A stretch of 64,000 bases of DNA, from assembly GCF_009914755.1 (NCBI RefSeq), contig NC_060931.1. One strand, given 5' to 3'. Below the pieces are notes generated by a model. It was not told where the DNA came from and ran no database searches. It worked only from the letters and a program-made list of their open reading frames with translations. Source of the stretch: the human T2T-CHM13v2.0 reference genome, Homo sapiens. Both the position numbers and the translations under genes were made by a program. Below, piece after piece: positions 13,251 through 25,935 of the stretch (position 1 is its first letter; each line of letters opens with the position of its first letter).

Positions 13251-13681
13251 CTTGGGATTTCCCAAACAAGCAGGAATTGTAAAGTTAAAAAACTCCAAAC
13301 TCAGTAAGGTAATAGCTTGTGATTTCCAGGAGAGACGCCAAACGGCTTCATTTTTCAGAGCTTCTACTTTTCCTTCTCATCACCCCAAGCTGCCTGAGTG
13401 GATTTTTTAATGATACCTTTTAACTTACACTGAAAATGCCTAAGGTCTTGGCTTTAGGCACGGTCTGTTTTACCTTTCTTTACTTGCCTCGACCCAAGGC
13501 CTCCTTCCCTGGCTCCATCTAGGTTGTAAAAACCCAAGCACCTGGCTTCCTAAGACAAAGTTCTCCACCTAGGCAGGGTTAGCTTCCCTCCATTGCCGTT
13601 CAGGTTTTCAGTTCTCGCCTCAGGTATTAGACATAGGGAGAATTCTATTTCTTTCACAGGGGTTCAGATATCCAGTAATAA

Positions 13682-13703
13682 TGTTGTTGTTGTTGTTGTT
13701 GTT
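13682..13703. repeat. (GTT)n microsatellite
   Basis: tgttgttgttgttgttgttgtt. Confidence 0.9.
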
Positions 13704-13859
13704 AAATGTTTTCGTGTTTCCTAGGTGTTTGTAGCAAGAGGATGTTTTCATCACACTAGCTAATCATTATGTTGAAACAGGAAGTTTTCCATTTAGATTT
13801 TAAGACACATGATTCAATATTTAGATAATTTATACTTCCGCTCTCCTGTTAGATTATAG

Positions 13860-14075
13860 TAATAATTGCTACCATCTACAGAACATGCAACATAGGTGTA
13901 AAGTGCTTCATATATGTAGTATTTAGCTCTCATGACAGCTATTTTACAGATGAAGAAGCTGAAGATTGAGGATCAGGGTGATGAGAGAGTGTTAAATAAT
14001 TTTGGCCAAGATCATGCTGTTATTCATCATCAGAGCTAGGTTGCAACTCACATCATTCTGACTCCAAAACAGATG
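13860..14075 (-). mobile_element. MIR SINE
   Basis: attttacagatgaagaagctgaag...gccaagatcatgc...ctgactccaaa. Confidence 0.75.
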
Positions 14076-15834
14076 TGACTGATTCCCCAAACCCTGTCTT
14101 TTGGCTTTTCTGCCTTTCAACATCTTCTCTTCTCTTTGCTGTACAAACCAGCTAGGTCCAGGAATGTCAGTAAATCCCTGAATGGCAAGAAAAACTCTCT
14201 GTGGACTTGTACCTTAAAATACCTCTAGGCACTCTGTTCACCCACTAAAAGTTAACAAATATGTTTTGAAAATGATGATTTATAATTATAAATATTATTT
14301 AGTGAGAGAATTAAGGAAGGAGAAACATGGATTTCAGCAACATTGGTTGGGCCATTTTGGAAGGTGAATGCCAAGCATGCAAATTTATTTCAACCTTCCC
14401 TGAGGACTGAGTGCAAAGCAGCTGGCTGGTGCTTTTAAGTCTCTCACAGTTCGGCACAGTGGCTCCTAATGCTGACAGAGCTCCTGTGTCACCAGGATCT
14501 GCAAAGCATGGCAGGCCAAATGAAAGAGGAAGTTTGCAATTAATTAAAAAATAAATGAAAACAAAAATCTTCCCCCAGTGGCTTGTTTCTCATCTTGGTT
14601 GTAATCCATAGTCAACATGTGGAGGCCATGTGGGGCATTTACCAAATGGAAAAGGTATAGGACTGTGTCGAAGAGACCACAGACGGCCGCGCTGGACCAC
14701 ACTAATGATTCTTTTAAATCCTCTCATTCCACCTCGTCGAGAGACACAGCAGCATTTTAAATCTGACTGACCCATATAAATTACCTTTCTACTCATCCGG
14801 CTGTGAAATTAACAGTCTAGGAAGACAGGTCCTGTCAGACTTGCTGTGCTGAGCTGCTGAGAAGTTCAGAATAAATAGGGGTGGGGAAAGGAGACCTGGT
14901 GCCTGTGAGAAAACAAGGAGCCTGAGCTTGGATCAGCACAGCAGGCTCTGATGTAGACGCCTGCTGTTACTGAGCCTGTGACCAGCACGGAAAGGGTGTT
15001 TACCAAGAAGGCACAAGTTGAGTGACACCATCTGTTGGGCTGAAAAGCAAAGTGCTGTGGGCCTGGGACCCATAGCAAAGGTGGCTGGGACAAACAGCAA
15101 GTCTCTCTAACAGTTAAGCCACTGGAATTTGATAAAGAGGCCCACAGATACGTTCCATTTGCAATGTTACCTAAACTCACTAGTATCCTGGAGCAGGGTA
15201 TTTAAACTTTCATGGTCTTTGTTTCCTAAAATTTTAAATAATACTGTTACTAGATATTGAAGAAGAAGCAGCTAATTCATAATGAAGCTACATTAGTAAA
15301 TCACTAAATCATCATATAATTTTGTATTGTTTGAAAATGTAGTTTAGGAGTAGAACCAACCTCGTGCCATTAAGCTCCGATAATTTCTTCCACAGCCTCA
15401 CCCATCCCTATATGACAATGTCAGTATTTCTTTCCTGTATCCCTACGTGGTTTACAAGCCTGACATTAAGGAGAATTTGGCCTTATCTTTTGTTCTGCAG
15501 CAGAGAAAGACAGTTTTATCAAGAAATTCTTATATACCAGGAAACGAAAGACAGCAGGGTGGGAAATTCACCCAGCCATTCTCCACATGCATGCACACAC
15601 CCATATACACACACAGATACACACAGAAATCCACGCTAAGGTCAAAGTAGCAGCGCCTATGCACTCTGTGGGCTGCACCCTGCATATGAGTTGGCCAAAT
15701 GCTTTCATTAAAGTGTGCAGGCAAGTATAGCTGTCATTCCATTGCATGCCGGTATACCAGAGAAGCACAAGCAAGAATATTGATTAGCTATTGCTACTAA
15801 GAATTTTATTAATATTATTGGTATGAAGGATTAT

Positions 15835-16030
15835 GTTGGTAACCTTACATTTATTAACTCATGTTTTCCTCAAAAACATTTGGGATAGGTTTTATATCAC
15901 TCTTTATGACTGTGAATAGATGAGACACTTTGGCTTAGAGACATTATGTAATGTCAAATATCACAGCTTACAAGGCAAAAACAAAATTTGAACCAAGGCC
16001 TGGCTCTAAAATGTCACAATGACTGTTAAC
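15835..16030 (-). mobile_element. MIR SINE fragment
   Basis: atagatgagacactttggcttagagacattatgtaa...tttgaaccaagg. Confidence 0.6.
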
Positions 16031-16214
16031 TCCATAGTCCACTGAAACTCAGAAGGAAGAAAGAAGACTAACACTGAAACAAGTTTTTAAAATGATAAGA
16101 CATTATAGTTGTCCCTCTTCTCCCTTTCCCAAAGTCCCTACTTTTAAAAGACAAAATAAAAAGAAACACATCCTAGAAAGGCTTGTTCTTCTCAGACTAC
16201 TAAACTGAGAGATC

Positions 16215-16340
16215 ATACTCCTCTTTTACATACAGGAAACCTGAGGTTCAAGAAACTACTTGAAAATGGTCTCAGTCTTTAATGGCAGAGCCAGGACTAG
16301 AAATAAGCAATGTGAATTCCCAGAACAGTGTTCTTAATTT
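16215..16340 (-). mobile_element. MIR SINE fragment
   Basis: ttttacatacaggaaacctgaggttcaaga...aatggcagagccaggactagaa. Confidence 0.65.
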
Positions 16341-18544
16341 TATACCAAAAAAAAAGAGAATTCATTTTCAAGACCAGGAAATCATTTTTTCTCATTTTTC
16401 ACTGGTCTTAGTGATTCTCAATCCAGAAAACCCTGGAAAGATTTGGAGAAGGGCAAAGGTTTCTTTCCCTTGCATACTCAGTGTATGAATTTACAGTGAA
16501 TGCTTTCCTTCACTATGAAGGAGAAAATCAAGACTGTTAAGTAAAAAGGTGTTTTTTTCACTTTTCTTCAATGGGAGAAGGCAGTATTTCAACATCAATA
16601 TTTTTTTCTTACCCTTGCCATTCTGACAACGAAAGTTTTGAATGAAGTCTGTGTTATTAATTTTACTTCAATTTAACTTCCCTAGTGAGCTAGTCTGTAG
16701 CTTTTCTATTTTGGTAATTTGAGTTTTAGTAGTTATGTTGTACTCATATTCTCTATTTCATGAAGTTAGACACTAGAAGAAATACATTTGAGACAGGAAG
16801 AAGTCTCCAAAGAAGAAATTCATAATCTTCAAGCTAGAGAAAATTTGATTCGCATGAAAGTTAAACTAAAAATAATATTTTTAAAAAACAAGTAAAGTAA
16901 ATAGGAATGACTAGAGCAACCTTCCTATGTGGTTACACATGAATACATAGGCAAAAATTCGTATTAGGAATTTAATCCGTCTTTGAAAATATAATTGAAA
17001 CTGAAACTCAAAACTCTATTTGAGTTTCTCACCAAAAGACTTTTAAAATGAATTTCAAAAAGTAATTTTCTAGGCTATTTCTCTCCGTTCCGAACCCATC
17101 TTTCTTTACTCAGCTGCGGGAAGCTGTGGTTGGAGATCGGCACAATGCATTTCTCCTCTGCCAGTTGACTTCCTCTTAGCCATAGAAGGCACTAGAGAAG
17201 GGAAAGTTACATTTTTCCTGTTGGGTCCAGCCACTTTAGGCAATCTCAGAACCAAGGTCTTCTCCTTCTCCCTAGGGATAAAATCACCAGGCAGGCAGCT
17301 CCCCACACTCAAGGAATGAGCCCCAGCTTAACAGAGGCCCTCCTTCAAGCTGCTATGGTGCCAAAACCAGCAACTGCCATCCCCTTCCCAGCATTACAGG
17401 GCTCCTTGAGCTTCTGAGGTGTGGCCACAGCTTAGCACTCCTCAGAGGTCTGAGGACCAGCTCCACAAACAACAACCTTCTGCACCAAAAACAACTAGTT
17501 ATAATAAAGGAAAGGAAAAAAATTATACATCTCCCCATCTTGTCACTCCTTTTTTCTCCTATCTTTTAAAATCCTTCTCTAACTGCTGTTGTTCCCTGGA
17601 AGCAGTTGAGAATATGTGCCCATGATGAGATTTTTATTTCAATTTTGAGAAGTATTCCTACTCCCTCAAAACCTCTTGGGAAGTTTCTGTTTTCATATTC
17701 AGTCAGAAACCAATGGGACAAAGAAGAAAACCAAACACAATGCAAAAGAGTTAAAGTTTAACTCAAATCCCAGAGCCTAAAGTTCTGTGATATTTTATCC
17801 AGATTCTCCACCCAATACATACTTACAAATGCAAATAAGACAAGACCCATCTCAAGAACCAGCATTTTAATGTCGTAGCTGAACAGCTGTTTCTTAACAT
17901 ACCATGTGTTATAAAGAGGTCTCACATATTTTTGCATCTTGTAGAAAACACGTTTTTCTACATCTCTGTAATTACAATGACAAAATACAGTTCTTTGTAG
18001 TTTTTTTTTTTTTTCCTTACAACAGGTTTTAACACAATGGGTTTCAAATTTGACTTTCTCTTGAGCACGTTCAGAGCACCCAATTCTGGTTTTGGGGGAT
18101 CTGCAGTCAAGAAGTCAGGTCTGCATACCTAAACAGGAGCATAGCTACGAGCAAAAGGAAGGAATTTAATTAGTATCTGAACAAATTTTTTAAGAACATG
18201 GGTCACTAGTTACATCTGTTTATTTAAGCAAAAAATGGAATCTTGTGTAATTAGCTGATGAATTCAAAGCCAGCCTAAAATTGACCTTCTGAAGAGCAAT
18301 TACTGTTTTCCCTAAAAGTTCTAGACCACCAGTAACATTGCCTAAAACTTCTAGGCCACTGTTTTCCCTAAAACATTAGGCCACCAGGAACACTCAGGAC
18401 ACCCACATGTCCATGAACTTGGAGTTGGTCTCACACAAGGGCACAGGCCAAAAACAATCACAGGAGTTCTTAATCTGATAGGGATGTGACATAGACGATC
18501 ATGTAGGTAAGCTTATTATTACTAATGGCATTACAATCAACAAT

Positions 18545-18690
18545 ATTGTTCCATCCTCACAACAATGCTGAGCTGAGGTTCAGAAGGATTGAGTGACTTT
18601 CCAAAAATTCTACATCTAGTGAGTGGCAAGGTTGAGGTGCAGACTCAAATCTGACTCTGAATATTTGGCTCTTTCTATTAAGACTGTGGC
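18545..18690 (-). mobile_element. MIR SINE fragment
   Basis: atcctcacaacaa...ctgaggttcagaaggattgagtgactttccaa...ctagtgagtggcaagg...tctgactctga. Confidence 0.65.
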
Positions 18691-21580
18691 ACAGCACCCT
18701 AAGGATAATTTTATCTACAAAAGAATAAAATTAACTTTGTTTATCTTCACCTTCGTGAATCTTTCTCATTCTTTAAGACTCGGCTCACGTCCTACCTCCT
18801 TCAATAAGTCTACTTAATTATACTCAGTCCATGTTCTCTCTATCCTCTGACGTCTATAAAACATATTCCTTGCCTGGATTGGCAATCATCTTGTCACAGG
18901 GATATTGTCACTTCCACAACCAGGTATTACACTTCTTTATAGTTTCTAAAATGCCTAGCATGTAAAGACATAATAAAAAACTCAAAAATGCTTTACTAAC
19001 TGGCTCATTGATTCGTTGCCGGTTTTATCCAAAATCATTTTAAATGTCTCCTCCCACCTTCAGCCCTTTTTTTTTTAGTAGAGAGAGCCTGGATTTTTTT
19101 TGTTTTACCATTTTGGCCTTCTAATTTACCAGTTGGTTTTGCAAGATTCTACTTTGTTTGCATGTGTAGACTTAACCCACAGGTAATATTCAAAAAGTTA
19201 GAAATTATTACTTTGAGATACTAACCAATCAGAATGAAGGAGGGTACTAGAGGCCATTTATGGTGTCAAGTTGACAGTTTGTAGGTGAGGCCAAGGAATT
19301 TAAGATGGCCAGGATGGCCAGAATGACTAGGAGGTAACTGCTAGTCTAAGGGGGTGTAAGGAAAGTCTTCTCTACTAAATACTTCTCATGAAAGCATTTC
19401 AATAGTTTAACAACTGATATGACTGGACTGGTGAAAATTATTCGTTATCAACCTTGGCCTGGCTCCATAATCTTCAAATGCAGCAATTGCCAATAGGAAA
19501 AATTAAACAGCTACCAGGCACAGTCTGAAGCAGACTAAATCCCCACTCTTTTGTATGTAGGTTTTTTAAAAACAAATAGGATTCCCATCTCTTCTCCCAG
19601 CCTTGTGTAGCTAGGACTTACATACACTTTAGAATTAATTGAACAAAAAACTAGCAGGATTTTGTTTCTAAACTGCAGCTTGAAGTAATTTATTTGAGGA
19701 TTACCTAATGGCACTTGGCTTTTGAATATCAATATTTATCATTTCCTATGCTTTCATTAATCACACAAACAGTATTATGAATAGTATTTATTTGTACTAT
19801 ACCTTATTTCAAGAAAAATACTTAAGAAAATTCAAAAAAGATATAATGCAGCAAGGTAGAATATATTTGTTATAAGTGAGATGAATCGAATAAAGTTAAA
19901 TAAGAAAAGATAGAATTAGGAGTGATATTAGTATACAAAATACTTGCTATAAAGTCTGATAAATTTGCAAAATGTGAACTATGTGTATGGCGTGAATCTT
20001 TCTAGCAGATAAAATGCAGAGGGAAGCATCTGTTATAAAATACTGAGAATCTGCTAGACAAAAACAAACCAATTGCTCAAAGAAACCCACTGATTCATTC
20101 TCCTGAGACTGCTATCAAAAATGACGCTGTTTGCTTAAAATGGAATTCCACCCAACTATTTTCTTTAATAGAAAATTTGATGTAAAAAACTAATAAACAA
20201 AGTGCCTTACTTTTGTGGGTTTTCTACTTAAGTTGAACTTAGTTTATTCAAGCCTCTCTTCTCCCAAAAAGTTCCACAAATGATCCAAACTCTTCTCAGT
20301 AAATACCAGTTTTGCAATATTTAATACGAGGCTAAGCAGTCTGAGTAAAATGACCACATTAGAAGTATTTGTTAAATTGTTAAAATCTGAGTAAAATAGA
20401 CATGAATTTATATAACATGAATTTATATAACATGTCTTGGATACCCTAAAAGAAAACAATAGTCAAAATGTCAAGGACAAGCTCAGACCTTGTAAACATA
20501 CTGCAGCCTTGACAACCTGAGACCTAGAATCCCATTTTGAACAATTATTATACTAATAGGCCCATTTGATTTGAAATTCAATTTATGTAGCTCTTAATTC
20601 TAAGCAACTCCACTATGGGAGAGCCTTTTATACTATACATTTGGGATATGTTCCTTTGTGTTTCTGTAAGAGAAGAGATGCATTTTAGAACATTTTATGA
20701 TAAATTGATGTAATTGGCTTTAGTGATTCAGAGACAGCACTCATTTCTGAGGCATTTATGAAAAATGCATATTAAAAAGCAGAATTGCTCTCTCCATGTC
20801 CCAAGAGGCTTCTCAGGGGAAATTGGAAGGTGTGATTTCTTTCAGCCATCCAATCATGTTCTCTTTTCTCATTCAATATGTTAAGCCAGGGAAACACAAA
20901 GAGTGATAATGGGGACAAAGTTGGAAAAGACATGGGCTTACAGCATCACCATCACCACAGCCCCTGAAAGGTCAGTGCACAGCAACCAAAGGCCAGTGAC
21001 TGGTATTGCAATGCCTGGAAGACATGCAGTTAATGTGAGGTCATGGTGCTGGGAATGAGAGCAAAATGTGTATTATTTTAATCTTTTTGCTATCGACCTA
21101 CCATGTCATCGAACCCTATGTGGCTCAGTGGATTTTGTATGGTAACTTTCACAATATATAATAAGGTTGAATTAGGTAGAGTTTCAACTTTTCCTAAAAT
21201 TCAGAATACATAATTAGTATTATGTCGTTTATTTTAAAAGCAAAATGCACTGTTCTGAAAATGCAGAAGACTTGAGGAACTATGGAAAATAATTTAGTTT
21301 AATGAATTCAGTTAACTTATCTAAGTCACTAATCTTATTTCTTTTAATAAACCCACGAACAAAACTCCCCTGGCTTATTAATCCTGAAATCAGATGTCAA
21401 CTCCAACGGGAAAAGAACTTAATATATTTAAAATGTTGAACACTTTTACAACCCTTTCTTATTAACAAAATCTTATTTAAACACATCTTATGAGAAAATT
21501 TTTTTTTAGCATTGAGAATTTTTCCCTGAACACTGGTGTCCTTAATGAGCACAGAATAGACCCTTAATAAGTCTAAGTTG

Positions 21581-21654
21581 GGAAAGAAGGAAGGAAAGAA
21601 GGAAGCAAGGAAGGGAGGAAGGAAGGAAGGAAGGAAGGGAGGAAGGAAGGAAGG
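21581..21654. repeat. (GGAA)n polypurine microsatellite, imperfect
   Basis: Read directly; follows an L2-like 3' end. Confidence 0.9.
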
Positions 21655-22268
21655 TCTCAAATACAAGAAAATTCAAAGAAGTTAGTGATTTGTCAAGGTG
21701 TATTGTGTTGGTGGAGTTCAAACCCCCAAGTCTTTAAATGTATCATTCTTTATGACTCAAAGCCGCTTTTGCTCTGCCTAGAAAATAAAATATGGATTTT
21801 CTAAAAAATTACAATATCATTATTTGTGATCTCCAAATAATTGTTCACTGCTAACATTTTTATTCTCGTTGTTAATAAAATCTTAACTCTAGATGTAAAC
21901 ATATCCCAAAATTAGATCAACATTGTCAAATGTTACTAGTAGCTTTAAGGCATGACTTTGGTATTTAACTTTTTATGCTGATTTTTTATTTGGTTCCAAG
22001 ACTTTGGGCAGAAATTTCTCATTCGTAGCTCATACTAGCAGAATGTGATTCCTTATTTGTTTCTTATTGCCAATTCTACTACGCTACTCACTTTAGCATC
22101 TAAGCAAATAGCTGAATTTTTCATTCAAACCTCTCAGAGACATCACACTAAAAATTTAAAATTCATAAGGGTGTAAGATAATGTGGTTTCCTCAGGCTTG
22201 AAAAAGAATAATAAATGTGTGTGATTATATAATTAGTTCTCACACTGTTGTTGATTGCACAATCACAC

Positions 22269-22637
22269 TGCTGTGGACTGACTTGTCTCCCTGCCAAACT
22301 CATATGTTGAAATCCTAACCCTTAATGTGATGGTACTTGGAAAAGCGGCCTTTGGGAGGTAACTAGTGTTAGATGAGGTCATGAGGGCAGGGTTCTCAAG
22401 ATGGGATTAGTGGCTTTATAAGAAGAGAGAGAGATAGAGAGGTCACTCTTCCACATGAGGACACAGAGAGTAGGCAGACATCTGTGAGCCAGGAAGACAG
22501 CCCACATTGGGAATCGAATCTGCTGGCACCTTGATCTTGAACATCTCAGCCTCCGGAACTGTGAGAAAATAAATTTCTATTGTTTAAGCAACTCAGTCTG
22601 TGGTATTTCGTTATAGCAACTCAAGCGGACTAATATA
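22269..22637 (+). mobile_element. MLT1A-type MaLR solo LTR
   Basis: tgctgtggactga...catatgttgaaatcctaacc...ggcaccttgatcttgaacatctcagcctccggaactgtgagaaaataaa...ggactaatata. Confidence 0.88.
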
Positions 22638-22938
22638 AAAATTTGACCTTAAACTCTGAAATTGTATTTAATCTGTGATTAATGAGATAATTAAGACTGT
22701 GTTTTGGGGCTTTTAACATTTAGCAAATGCTTTCTGATCATTTTCATTATTAACCCTTACCATTGCCCCATGTGTCATGTCAATAATCTTACTTACTTAT
22801 TAAAATAGCTCTGCCTGCATCAAGTTTCTTCATGGAAAGGAAGAAAAAGCCAGGCTAATTGTTGAGTCAGCCACAGAGACCAACATCAACTTGAGATTCA
22901 TCGCTTGTTTCTTCAGGCCCACCCAAACTTATCTTCTA

Positions 22939-23530
<592 letters not shown>

Positions 23531-23539
23531 AATGCTACA

Positions 23540-23810
23540 TGATAAAGTGATTAGGAGTGTGGGCTTTGAAGTCTGGCAACCTATATTTGCAGTCAAATGC
23601 TCTAACACTGAGCTATACCTCCTCTAGCAACATATATTTGAATCCTGGATATGTCGCATCCCAGATGGGTAACCTCAACCTCACTAAAATTTCTTTTCTT
23701 CATGTGCAAAACCAGGCTACTAATAGCTGGGCTACTCACTCAAGCAAGGATAAAACAAGATAATGCACATAAAGGCCATAACATAGTCTCTGGCGTGAAA
23801 GATGTAACCA
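23540..23810 (+). mobile_element. MIR SINE (host of the tRNA-half insertion)
   Basis: agtgattaggagtgtgggctttgaagtc...tttgaatcctgg...ggataaaacaagataatgcacataaagg...catagtctctggc. Confidence 0.7.
23585..23622 (-). pseudogene. 5'-half tRNA-Cys(GCA) tailless retropseudogene
   Basis: Minus strand GGAGGTATAGCTCAGTGTTAGAGCATTTGACTGCAAAT versus recalled tRNA-Cys GGGGGTATAGCTCAGTGGTAGAGCATTTGACTGCAGAT (35/38); TSD at 23572-23589 and 23623-23640 (16/18 identical); no T-arm, acceptor 3' strand or A-tail. Confidence 0.9.
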
Positions 23811-24044
23811 CGATGAGTTGTGCCATCTCTGTAACTATCTATGATGCTTTGGGACATGTTAATCTTTCTTTGCCCTAGTTCCTAATGGGTAAAAAAGAGG
23901 ATCATGAGGCTTACCTCAGAGGATTGTTAAGAGAATCCAGTCAGAGAATATAATGGATTTTAAAATATAATACAAATGAAAGGCAAGATTATTATTATTT
24001 CACTGTCCAGAAAAAATTATCTCTTTGGAAATCAGTCGTGATAA

Positions 24045-24701
24045 TGTAACTGCCCAAGGGGTTCACCTTGCCCACTGCCTAGACAGAGCCAATTCATCAA
24101 GACAGGGGAGTGGCAATGGAGAAAGAGTAATTCACACAGAGCCGGCTGTGCGGGAGACCGGAGTTTTATTATTACTCAAATCAGTCTCCCCTAGCATTCA
24201 GGGAGCAGAGTTTTTAAGGATAACTTGGTGAGTAGAGGGGAGCCAGTGAGCCAGGAGTGCTGATTGGTCAGGGCTGAAATCATAGGGAGTCGAAGTTGTC
24301 TTCCTGGGTCAGTTCCTGGGTGGGGGCCACAAGATCAGATGAGCCAGTTTATAGATCTGGGTGGTGCCAGCTGATCCATCAAGTGAAGGGTCGGCAAAAG
24401 ATCTCAAGCACTGATCTTAGGAGCAATTTAGGGAGGGTCAGAATCTTGTAGCCTCCAGTGCATGACACCTAAACCATAATTTCTAATCTTGTGGCTAATG
24501 TTAGTCTAGTCCCCAGGCAACAAGGAGATCTGCTTTGGGAAAGGCTGTCTTTGTTTAAACTATGAACTACAAACTAAGTTTCTCCCAAAGTTAGTTCAGC
24601 CTATGCCCAGGGATGAACAAGGACAGCTTGGAGGTTAGAAGCAAGATGGAGTCGGCAAAGTCTTACACTGTCTCAGTCATAATTTTGCAGAGGCGGTTTC
24701 A
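24045..24701 (-). mobile_element. LTR8 (ERV1) solo LTR
   Basis: tgtaactgcccaaggggttcaccttgccc...ataattttgcagaggcggtttca; TG...CA ends; 4-bp TSD ATAA at 24041-24044 and 24702-24705. Confidence 0.9.
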
Positions 24702-24705
24702 ATAA

Positions 24706-24855
24706 CATAGAATGAGCGTGAGACTAGGATTTGAGAACCAGGTTCTAATCTTGGTTCTACCCTTAAATTCCGTGGGCCTCAGTCATCTTTTCTATAAAAT
24801 ACAGTTGATAGCCTAGATAATTTCTAAAACCTATTCTACCTCTAAAATTGTATAA
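24706..24855 (+). mobile_element. MIR3/MIRc-like SINE
   Basis: ggttctaatcttggttctacc...ggcctcagtcatcttttctataaaat...ctagataatttctaaaacc...ctctaaaatt. Confidence 0.6.
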
Positions 24856-25377
24856 GCCTAAATCAGTGTCATTTAGATAAATCTGCATTTTTATGGCTTG
24901 CCTAATATATGGCTATGACACATTACCATAAGCCTTGAAGAGAGATGAGTAACAAACAGACATTTTAGAGACAGACAAATTGAAATGCTGTGTGACCTGT
25001 CGTCTCCCATCAAGCCAAGGTAGGGGAAGGGGACACAGGTTCAGAAAAAGAAATGCTTATGCCTCATTCAGGAAAATGTTTTTCCACTGTGTTTCAACTG
25101 ACTCTACATTTTTAAAGTCTCCTATTTAAACATACTGCTGTATATGTATAAGAATACAATGGACCCATTAAAATGATATGGTAGAAAATGTTTAGTGAGG
25201 TCCAAAGATATTGGTGAAAAATTAGGGTACAAGATAAACATAATATATCCAGTATGTACTCTCTCTCTCTCTCTCTAATTATTGATAATATTGACATTTT
25301 CTGAGGATGAAAAGACGTGAAGAATCATAGGGTAGGGGATAAATAGGGAATTGAAAGGAAATTAAAAGCTCCAAGGA

Positions 25378-25935
25378 ATTCGACCCAACAATCCCATTAC
25401 TGGGTACATACCCAAAGGATTATAAACCTACTATACAAACCCAAAGGATTATAAACCTACTATAAAGACACATGCACATGTATGTTTATTGCAACACTGT
25501 TTACAATAGCAAAGACTTGGAACCAACCCAAATGCCCATCAATGATAGACTGGATAAAGAAAATGTGGCACATATACACCATGGAATACTATGCAGCCAT
25601 AAAAAGGGTGAGTTCATGTCCTTTGCAGGGACATGGATGAAGCTGGAAACCATGATTCTCAGCAAACTAACATAAGAACAGAAAACCAAACACTGCATGT
25701 TCTCACTCATAAGTGGGAGTTGACCAATGAGAACACATGGACACAGGGAAGGGAACATCACACACTGGGGCCTGTCGGGGGGTGGGGGGCTAAAGGAGGG
25801 AGAGCATTAGGAGAAATACCTAATGTAAATGACGGGTTGATGGTGCAGCAAACCACCCACATAGGTATACCTATGCAACAAACCTGCACATTCTGCACAT
25901 GTATCCCAGAACTTAAAGTATATTAAAAAAAAAAA
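25378..25935 (+). mobile_element. L1PA 3' end (L1PA7/8-like), 5'-truncated
   Basis: Carries the ORF2 end and 3' UTR plus poly(A); perfect TSD aaaagctccaagga at 25364-25377 and 25936-25949; TT/AAAA endonuclease site. Confidence 0.95.

Noticed and set aside
14820-14870. Superficial resemblance to the miR-214 precursor (cctgtc...acttgctgtgc)
   Set aside because: The mature sequence acagcaggcacagacaggcagt and a complementary arm are absent
23585-23622. Functional tRNA-Cys gene
   Set aside because: Only the 5' half is present; no T-arm, acceptor 3' strand or B-box on the same strand
25472-25926. ORFs resembling the L1 ORF2 C-terminus
   Set aside because: 5'-truncated, disrupted L1 fragment with no promoter; not a functional CDS
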